From a virus, in IMG/VR virus record IMGVR_UViG_3300027815_000003, positions 96,001 through 160,000 of that record: a stretch of DNA of 64,000 nucleotides, one strand, 5' to 3'. The translations under genes and the position numbers were made by a program. The notes below the pieces were generated by a model. The model made no database searches. It was not told the DNA's origin and saw only the letters and a program-made list of their open reading frames with translations. Within the stretch, counting starts at the first letter, position 1. Each line of letters opens with the position of its first letter. Positions 57,758-64,000 of this stretch are shown here, in pieces.

Positions 57758-58269
57758 ATTTCCAATTCCTTTCTAACTTTTTCTAATCTATTTTCTATCC
57801 CAATTATTTTATACTCTATATAGTTTTCTTTAAGAAATTTTAGTATTTTTTCTTCTGTTGTTTTTGTTTCTTCCCATGTTTCTATTCTTCTCCCTATTAC
57901 TGAAAATTCGTCTTTGTGTCGTCTAGTAAGAAAAAAAACTTTATTATCAAATTGTTGATAATAATAAGACAAAACTTTATCTAGATAGGGGACATTATTT
58001 CCGTAAATAGCACCCAAAAGAATAGAAGTATCAGTAACAATATAATCAACTTTATAATTTAATCTTCTTAGTCTTTCAAACATCATCCCTGAAACTAAGA
58101 GTTGATTAAATTCAAGTATGTCCTCTTTTTCATCCCAAACTAAATCTTTTGCATATTCAGTTACTAATTCTACATTAAAATTTTTCTTTTTCATAAAAGA
58201 AAATAATTCAGCTGCTAATGTAGATTTTCCACATCCAGCAGCACCTAAAAATTGAATAACTACAGTCAA
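57754..58269 (-). CDS. P-loop kinase (NadR/AAA_28-like)
   Basis: GAAGCGKST, VTEYAKDLVW, TDTSILL. Confidence 0.7.
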   Translation of the reverse strand: MTVVIQFLGAAGCGKSTLAAELFSFMKKKNFNVELVTEYAKDLVWDEKEDILEFNQLLVSGMMFERLRRLNYKVDYIVTDTSILLGAIYGNNVPYLDKVLSYYYQQFDNKVFFLTRRHKDEFSVIGRRIETWEETKTTEEKILKFLKENYIEYKIIGIENRLEKVRKELEI

Positions 58270-58424
58270 CTATTATCTCCTGCAAAAATTAAATGAATTG
58301 GGAAACAGGGAATAATACAGATATAAATTTCTGTTCTACCAATTCTTTTACCATAATATTTAATATCTTTCCAATAACAACCTATCCATATATCATGTAT
58401 ATTAAATTCTAATTTTATTCGCAT
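58266..58424 (-). CDS. 52-aa hypothetical protein
   Basis: Read by hand: MRIKLEFNIHDIWIGCYW...IYICIIPCFPIH. Confidence 0.5.
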   Translation of the reverse strand: MRIKLEFNIHDIWIGCYWKDIKYYGKRIGRTEIYICIIPCFPIHLIFAGDNS

Positions 58425-58642
58425 GATACACCACCTCCCATAATCATCTCAAAACACTTACAACAAACGTATGCAGTATAAGGATGTCTTACAATTTCAA
58501 TTCCAGCATATATCTGTGTGGTTGGGTCATCATCAAAAATTGTTTCCTCTACTTTATGACTCGCATCTTTATGACACATCCTACATTTTTCGCCGTTACA
58601 ATATCTAGAAACAAAATGTTTTATCAATTTATCTTCTTCCAT
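58415..58642 (-). CDS. Cys/His-rich hypothetical protein
   Basis: ORF track. Confidence 0.5.
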   Translation of the reverse strand: MEEDKLIKHFVSRYCNGEKCRMCHKDASHKVEETIFDDDPTTQIYAGIEIVRHPYTAYVCCKCFEMIMGGGVSCE

Positions 58643-59133
58643 AATTCGTAATTACTATATTTTTCCTTTCCTGTTATTTCTTCATCTATATAATTTGGTA
58701 ATATAATTTCTTCATTTTCTGTATCTAGTTCATATTCTGCAATCCACAAATTACTTAACATTGGATTAATAAAATGATCTATTTCCCAGCCATCTAAAGT
58801 AGCATATCTTTCCTTACATATTGTCTTTTGTGATTCTAATAAATAAAGACCTATATTGTTATCTATTCTTTGTTCAAATTCATCTCTTACTAACCCCTTT
58901 CCTTTTTTTACCGTGATATAATACTTCGTATCATTTTGTTTGTATATAGAAGTTTTTCTTCTTACCCTAAATTGTGGGTTGTCAAAATAAGTTTGTTCTA
59001 TTAAAAATATATCTAGTAATTTATTATTGTCTATATAATTATAAAAATATGTTGAATCTACTAAAAATCTTCTTTCTATTTCTTTAGCCATAACTATCTT
59101 CCAACATTTGAATAAATCTCCAAAACGGCCCAT
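58624..59133 (-). CDS. CYTH-domain protein
   Basis: EIERRFLV, EQTY, RVR, K.R, WEID, AEYE. Confidence 0.8.
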   Translation of the reverse strand: MGRFGDLFKCWKIVMAKEIERRFLVDSTYFYNYIDNNKLLDIFLIEQTYFDNPQFRVRRKTSIYKQNDTKYYITVKKGKGLVRDEFEQRIDNNIGLYLLESQKTICKERYATLDGWEIDHFINPMLSNLWIAEYELDTENEEIILPNYIDEEITGKEKYSNYELWKKIN

Positions 59134-59503
59134 TTTCTCTCATTTCTTCCCATTTTTTATTTATATCTACCCATATTTCTTCAACATTTCCACTATCACA
59201 ACACCTACAAACAATAAAATTTAAATAACCTTTTCCATATATCCAACGCCAATAATCACCAACAATAAATTTGTGTCCACATAAAGTACATTTAAACCAT
59301 GCTCCATTTTTATGTCCAGACCAATTTGCTTTACAATCTTCTTCTGTCGCAATTCTAGGTTTTTGATCTGTAAATAACATACTATTTTCTACTCTTTCAT
59401 TTTCTGCGTTTTTTATAGTTTTCATAGCTATATCTAACGATTCTTTTCTTGTTATTGGTTTACCTACTATTTCTTTATCCATTTTTTGTTCTTCCGATAC
59501 CAT
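59084..59503 (-). CDS. Hypothetical Zn-binding protein
   Basis: CTLCGH...C..CD. Confidence 0.5.
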   Translation of the reverse strand: MVSEEQKMDKEIVGKPITRKESLDIAMKTIKNAENERVENSMLFTDQKPRIATEEDCKANWSGHKNGAWFKCTLCGHKFIVGDYWRWIYGKGYLNFIVCRCCDSGNVEEIWVDINKKWEEMRENGPFWRFIQMLEDSYG

Positions 59504-59856
59504 TACATTTTTGACAAGTTATGGTGTCTGGATTACTTAACTCAAATAATAATTTTTGTTCTTCTAAATCTCTAAATTGATTTCCAAAAACAATTTTTAA
59601 CATTTTTTCTTGTAAATTATCTGGAAGATAATCTTCATATAAAACAATATTATTATCAGTATTTAGTATATGTAAAATATATTTGTTTGATTTGATATGT
59701 TTTTCTTTCATTCTACCATATTCATAATCATAACAAAAAGATATAAAATAATTTTTATATGTTGTTTCTTGTTTTAGATCTATTGTACAAGTCCATTTTA
59801 ACCTACCATCTTTTTGTAACGCTTCTAAAAGTAAAATTATTTTTTTTTAAATCCAT
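59475..59856 (-). pseudogene. Gene broken by a one-base frameshift in an A9 tract
   Basis: MDLKK, then after removing one A: IILLLEALQKDGRLKW..., continuing in frame into the track ORF 59475..59711. Confidence 0.5.
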
Positions 59857-59861
59857 ATTTT

Positions 59862-60230
59862 TTATTCCTTTTTGTTCCACATATTATGAAATTTACAACT
59901 TCCTTCAACCATTCCTTTGAAAAATTTGATGTTACCTTTACAATAAGGACAATATTTTTCTTCTGGTTCAGCTAAACCACGATATTTCTCGTTTTCTATC
60001 CCGAATTCGCAGTATTTACATTTACAAAGCCAACCGTTTTCTGTTAAAAACTCTCTTCCTTTTTTGGTTAATTTTGCATAATTAGACGCACCATAAGCAT
60101 CAGACCATTGCCAAGTTGGATCTCCCTCCTCCATTAATCCTTCATTTATAGCTAATTTTATATGTTCTGGTATAGGTTCCCAAAATTTTTTATTATTTAT
60201 TGCATCTCTTAATGCTTGTTCGTGTTGCAT
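59862..60230 (-). CDS. Hypothetical Zn-finger protein
   Basis: CKCKYC...CPYCKG. Confidence 0.5.
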   Translation of the reverse strand: MQHEQALRDAINNKKFWEPIPEHIKLAINEGLMEEGDPTWQWSDAYGASNYAKLTKKGREFLTENGWLCKCKYCEFGIENEKYRGLAEPEEKYCPYCKGNIKFFKGMVEGSCKFHNMWNKKE

Positions 60231-60514
60231 TACTTTTCCTTTTCTAATACAACTATTTTATAAAGTGCATCATAAATTTGCGCCTTTAATGTATTCCCAT
60301 ATCCAATAGCCTGTTTATAGATATTATCTTCTGTACAATAATCAATTACAAAAATTATTTCATTGGTACGATTAGGGCCACTATTAAATTTAAAATCTTT
60401 ATATTTTTTACGTACTGTTTCTAGTAAAATTATAATATCATAAATATCTAAAATTTGCTTTGTCTCAAACGGTAAATTATAGTATTTATTTATAAATTCT
60501 ATTTTATTTATCAA
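60230..60514 (-). CDS. Hypothetical protein
   Basis: ORF track. Confidence 0.5.
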   Translation of the reverse strand: MINKIEFINKYYNLPFETKQILDIYDIIILLETVRKKYKDFKFNSGPNRTNEIIFVIDYCTEDNIYKQAIGYGNTLKAQIYDALYKIVVLEKEK

Positions 60515-60775
60515 TTATTTCTCTTTATTTACCTCTTTTATTATTTTTTGTGCAATAGACAATAATAACTTTCTTTCTGTTCTTGTTAATTCTATCCAAT
60601 CATTTTCTATAAATGGCTCAAATCGTTCTGTAATACCACTTATATACTCTGCGACTTTTAATAACTGTGCATTCACAATAGCGTTATATTCTGATACCTT
60701 AAAAATATTTGCAGAAGATAAAATATTTAATTGTTCTTGTTCTGTTAGTTTTATTAAATTTTGATCCATTGACAT
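60515..60775 (-). CDS. Hypothetical protein
   Basis: ORF track. Confidence 0.5.
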   Translation of the reverse strand: MSMDQNLIKLTEQEQLNILSSANIFKVSEYNAIVNAQLLKVAEYISGITERFEPFIENDWIELTRTERKLLLSIAQKIIKEVNKEK

Positions 60776-61848
60776 TCCTGGGAATAGGCACTACCTATAA
60801 GTTCATTTAAATTGGAGAGGTTAAGGTAACTCATCGCACTACGTAATCCATTTACGTATCTAAATACTACAGAAGTCACAGACTCATTTGTATATGGGAC
60901 TTCTATTTCTTTACCTTCTACAAATAGGTTTTCTTGTGTCCCATCCCATAAATCATATTTTTTAAGAGTTTCGTAACTAGCCATCCCACGAAATTTTTTA
61001 ATATAAGGATTAATCATACCATAAATATCTGTAGTAAAATATTCAAATTTTTCTTTATTTTCTATTTCCAATTCTTTACCATAAGGAGTAATAACTTTTT
61101 TATATACATCACCTGGTGTTTCTTTACATCCAGCAAAAATACTACCACACATTACTGCATTTGTGCCAAAAACTAACGATTTAACCAAATCGGCAGACTT
61201 TTTTATTCCTCCATCAAGAATAATTACATCATTTTCATCTCTTTTCCCATCCCACGCATATTGGAGTGAAGTAATGGGTGGGCAACCAACCCCAGTCACA
61301 TCTGTAGTTAAACAAACCCCACCATTACCTATTCCATGCCTAACAGAATTTGCACCCAAAGAAAATGCTCTATTTACTGATTCTGTAGTAAGTGTGTTGC
61401 CTATCATAATATCTGGCATAAAAACATGGCAATTATACCAAGTCATAAAATCTTTTACTAAAGGTGTATTAATATTAGCGGTATCTAAAACAAATAAATC
61501 TACTATAGTGTTCTTTAAAAGAGATAATATTCTTTTTTCATAATCTTTTAGTCCAACTGCTACATAACATCTTCCAGATTCTTGTTTTATTTTTATTGCC
61601 TTTTCTATCTGTTCTTCTATTGGCATAAATCTATGAAGAATTCCCGCCGCCCCGATTTTATTAAGTGCAATACAGGTTTCTACATCTGATATGGTGTCCA
61701 TTGGTGCAGATATAATAGGATATTTAATGGATATATTTCTTGATATTCTAGTTGTTGTATCTACTTCTTTTCTTGATTTTATTTCTGATTCTGCTGCTGG
61801 TAAAAGTAAAATGTCATCAAATCCTAAAGCCCTTTCTTTATTATCCAT
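60754..61848 (-). CDS. guaB: IMP dehydrogenase/GMP reductase family protein (no CBS domain)
   Basis: L.FDDILLLP, ISAPMDT, GIG.GGVC.T, ILDGGI, FRGMAS, EG, GLRSAMSY. Confidence 0.8.
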   Translation of the reverse strand: MDNKERALGFDDILLLPAAESEIKSRKEVDTTTRISRNISIKYPIISAPMDTISDVETCIALNKIGAAGILHRFMPIEEQIEKAIKIKQESGRCYVAVGLKDYEKRILSLLKNTIVDLFVLDTANINTPLVKDFMTWYNCHVFMPDIMIGNTLTTESVNRAFSLGANSVRHGIGNGGVCLTTDVTGVGCPPITSLQYAWDGKRDENDVIILDGGIKKSADLVKSLVFGTNAVMCGSIFAGCKETPGDVYKKVITPYGKELEIENKEKFEYFTTDIYGMINPYIKKFRGMASYETLKKYDLWDGTQENLFVEGKEIEVPYTNESVTSVVFRYVNGLRSAMSYLNLSNLNELIGSAYSQECQWIKI

Positions 61849-62062
61849 TTATTATCCTGTCTTGGAAAAGTTCTTTCCATAATTTATTTTTTATTCTGTT
61901 CCATTGATTAAATGTTTTCATATTCGTTGCAAATCTTCTTTCGGCAAAAAAACATGCTTTTCCAAAGAAAAATGCTTTTATTACATTATCATATCTAGAG
62001 TTATGTATATCTCTTAGATAATAAGCTAATGTTTTCCTATCTTGTTTTTCCTCTTGCGTCAT
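61841..62062 (-). CDS. Hypothetical protein
   Basis: ORF track. Confidence 0.45.
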   Translation of the reverse strand: MTQEEKQDRKTLAYYLRDIHNSRYDNVIKAFFFGKACFFAERRFATNMKTFNQWNRIKNKLWKELFQDRIING

Positions 62063-62066
62063 TTAT

Positions 62067-62288
62067 TTATCCTAATTCTTTTACATAATTAGTGTAATCT
62101 TTGTTATTATACCAATCTTTTAGTGTGATAAAATCTATAGCATTACAAGAAGTACAAGAAAATTTTACAACTTTTCCCTCTCCTATCGTATCAACGAAAC
62201 CAATTCTAGAAAAATGTTCCTGACTATTTCTACATTGTCCTTTAATATTTAAAAATCCATCACAATCTTTATATATTATCTCTGTCAT
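62067..62288 (-). CDS. Hypothetical protein
   Basis: ORF track; CTSC. Confidence 0.45.
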   Translation of the reverse strand: MTEIIYKDCDGFLNIKGQCRNSQEHFSRIGFVDTIGEGKVVKFSCTSCNAIDFITLKDWYNNKDYTNYVKELG

Positions 62289-62471
62289 TTATTTTCCCTC
62301 TTTTCTTGCTTTCATCCCAATAGCACAATTATTACATAAAGCTCCATAAGATACCGATTTAGTCCCATCTCTATCTTCTGAATCCCAATTATACATTATC
62401 CTTTTGTGGGCCTCTTCAAAAGTTTCACCCTCTTCAATTTTTAGCTTATGACCACATGTTAACCAAATCAT
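62289..62471 (-). CDS. Small Zn-binding protein, first gene of the leftward unit
   Basis: Start moved to MIWLTCGH (AGGAG RBS), since the track start overlaps the promoter. Confidence 0.55.
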   Translation of the reverse strand: MIWLTCGHKLKIEEGETFEEAHKRIMYNWDSEDRDGTKSVSYGALCNNCAIGMKARKEGK

Positions 62472-62501
62472 TTTTCTCCTTTTCCCAAACCTTTGTTTCC
62501 C

Positions 62502-62530
62502 ATTATACACCCTTGACAGAAAAAAGTCAA
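62502..62530 (-). promoter_or_regulatory. Leftward sigma70 promoter
   Basis: TTGACT-17 bp-TATAAT. Confidence 0.75.
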
Positions 62531-62542
62531 ATAGATTTAGCC

Positions 62543-62571
62543 TTGACATCTAGAGAAAGAGATGATATAAT
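62543..62571 (+). promoter_or_regulatory. Rightward consensus sigma70 promoter
   Basis: TTGACA-17 bp-TATAAT with extended TG. Confidence 0.8.
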
Positions 62572-62606
62572 GTCCTATATGAATCAGAGACTTAAAGGGA
62601 GAAATT

Positions 62607-62939
62607 GTGAACGAAAAAGAAAAAGAACTATTTAATTTTATAATAGAACAAACAGATAATGGGAAATTTCAATGGACAAAAGAGGTATATATTACTGAAT
62701 TGGGGATAACAAGATATATCTATAGATATTTTGACACTCCTTATAAAGATTTTCCAAAAATCATTGCCGAAAAAATTATTACTCCATTTGGTTTCCCTTG
62801 TTACATAAGATTTACAGGCATAATTACTTTGATCCCAGAAAATTTTTCTGAGTTCGCCAGATTAGAACAAGCAATAAAAATGTCTCTTAATAAAAAAGAA
62901 ACAGAAGAAATAGATAAGATAATAGGTAAAAATGTTTAA
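62607..62939 (+). CDS. Hypothetical protein
   Basis: GTG start, GGGAGA RBS, first gene of the rightward unit. Confidence 0.6.
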   Translation: MNEKEKELFNFIIEQTDNGKFQWTKEVYITELGITRYIYRYFDTPYKDFPKIIAEKIITPFGFPCYIRFTGIITLIPENFSEFARLEQAIKMSLNKKETEEIDKIIGKNV

Positions 62940-63309
62940 TTATTTACAAAGTTACATAAATTCTGGTTATTTTAATCAGCTATATCAATTTTCTGGGACA
63001 TCTTTAATAATAAACTTTTTACAAGAAGATAAATATCTAAATTTTCTTATTTATTTATCTCGTGCGACTGTATATGAAAGTAGTATTGGTTCTATTTTAG
63101 AACGCATTAAAGAAATAGAAAATATTAAAATAGATGAAAGGTATTCTAATCCATATGATATAGAACTAACAGTTTTAGCCTGGTTTCTTTATCAAATAAA
63201 TGATGATTATAAAGAAACGTATGATATAAGTAATATAAAAAATGCAGATATGTTTTATAGTATCATAAGAAAGTTAAGTAAAGAAAATGAAATTATGCCC
63301 ACAATGTAA
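62932..63309 (+). CDS. Hypothetical protein
   Basis: ORF track; coupled. Confidence 0.55.
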   Translation: MFNYLQSYINSGYFNQLYQFSGTSLIINFLQEDKYLNFLIYLSRATVYESSIGSILERIKEIENIKIDERYSNPYDIELTVLAWFLYQINDDYKETYDISNIKNADMFYSIIRKLSKENEIMPTM

Positions 63310-63808
63310 ATATAGATTAACTCCCAATAAAGAAAATATTTTCTTTCATAAATACCCACAAAAAGATGAATCAGAATTTGAAAAGGATAAAAAAGAATAT
63401 GAATCTAAAGCACAAAACTGTCCATTAAATTATGTCGGAATAAATATTAATTCTCTTGTTCATATTGGTAAATATAAAGAAAAAAAATTTATAAGTTATA
63501 AAAAATATTTAGTAGATTTTGAAAAACGGAGACAAGAAAGTATATCTGGCTATTGGCAACAATTTTTATTAACTTATTTATGTGAAGAATATCCAGTTCT
63601 TATTTATAAAGAACTAGATGTTTATATTAAGGTAAATGAAGAAAATGTAGAATTTTATCTTAATTTACCTAAATGGTCTAAAAGCGCACAAGATTCTAAA
63701 ACAAAATCGGCTAACTTTGGTTTTATAACACCAGAAGAAATGAAAATACAATTAAGAAAGACATTAATTAAAATGATATTTGGTGAAACAAAATTAGAGG
63801 AAATTTAA
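63287..63808 (+). CDS. Hypothetical protein
   Basis: ORF track; CPQC...CP. Confidence 0.55.
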   Translation: MKLCPQCKYRLTPNKENIFFHKYPQKDESEFEKDKKEYESKAQNCPLNYVGININSLVHIGKYKEKKFISYKKYLVDFEKRRQESISGYWQQFLLTYLCEEYPVLIYKELDVYIKVNEENVEFYLNLPKWSKSAQDSKTKSANFGFITPEEMKIQLRKTLIKMIFGETKLEEI

Positions 63809-64000
63809 ATGAAAATACAAATAATTTGTCCAAATTGTAAAAATAAAGAAGAACAAGAAATAGATAATTATGAATACAACTCAGATATCCAAAATTATTA
63901 TGTAGGATGTGAAGATTGTGGTGAACATCCTGCTTGGAGATGTTCAAACTGCGAAGAAATTTATGATTTAGTTATGAGTTATGAAGAAATAGAAATAAAT
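63809..64000 (+). CDS. Zn-ribbon protein, partial
   Basis: MKIQIICPNC...CEDCG...CSNC, runs off the window end. Confidence 0.5.
   Translation, partial: MKIQIICPNCKNKEEQEIDNYEYNSDIQNYYVGCEDCGEHPAWRCSNCEEIYDLVMSYEEIEIN

Noticed and set aside
28-62000. Short plus-strand ORFs in the track (e.g. 3383..3766, 17938..18375, 48687..49133)
   Set aside because: They are antisense shadows of long minus-strand genes, with biased composition and no RBS or motifs.
63807-63821. 15-nt match (AAATGAAAATACAAA) to the reverse complement of 40084-40098 in the putative TnpB guide region
   Set aside because: Very AT-rich, explained by a common MKIQ gene start, and would lie in the TAM-distal part of a guide.
1-64000. 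tRNA, rRNA or CRISPR array
   Set aside because: No cloverleaf/T-loop consensus or regularly spaced repeats were seen by eye; intergenic gaps are too short. tRNAscan or CRISPR tools would confirm.

Overview
This is a 64-kb piece of an AT-rich, tailed dsDNA bacteriophage genome; near-consensus sigma70-type promoters and AGGAG ribosome-binding sites indicate a bacterial host. Almost all genes lie on the minus strand. Bases 1-28.6 kb are the virion module: scaffold, major capsid protein, about 18 kb of decoration, fibre and tailspike-like genes, neck, tail tube, tail chaperone with a -1 frameshift, a short tape measure and tail-tip proteins. No portal, terminase, protease or polymerase is visible in the window. 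Bases 28.8-62.5 kb are a dense accessory region with tandem dUTPases, two RNA ligases plus PNKP, a solo TnpB, an ATP-dependent DNA ligase, two DNA methyltransferases, IMPDH, NUDIX, CYTH and dNMP kinase genes. Two candidates stand out. First, a pncB-pncA-orf-radical SAM-nadM operon that looks like a deamidating NAD+ rebuilding route distinct from NARP1 and NARP2. Second, a PurA-family enzyme with the PurZ/PurZ0 Asp-to-Ser signature, suggesting 2-aminoadenine (Z) synthesis. All functional calls come from motif recognition by eye; no database searches were run.
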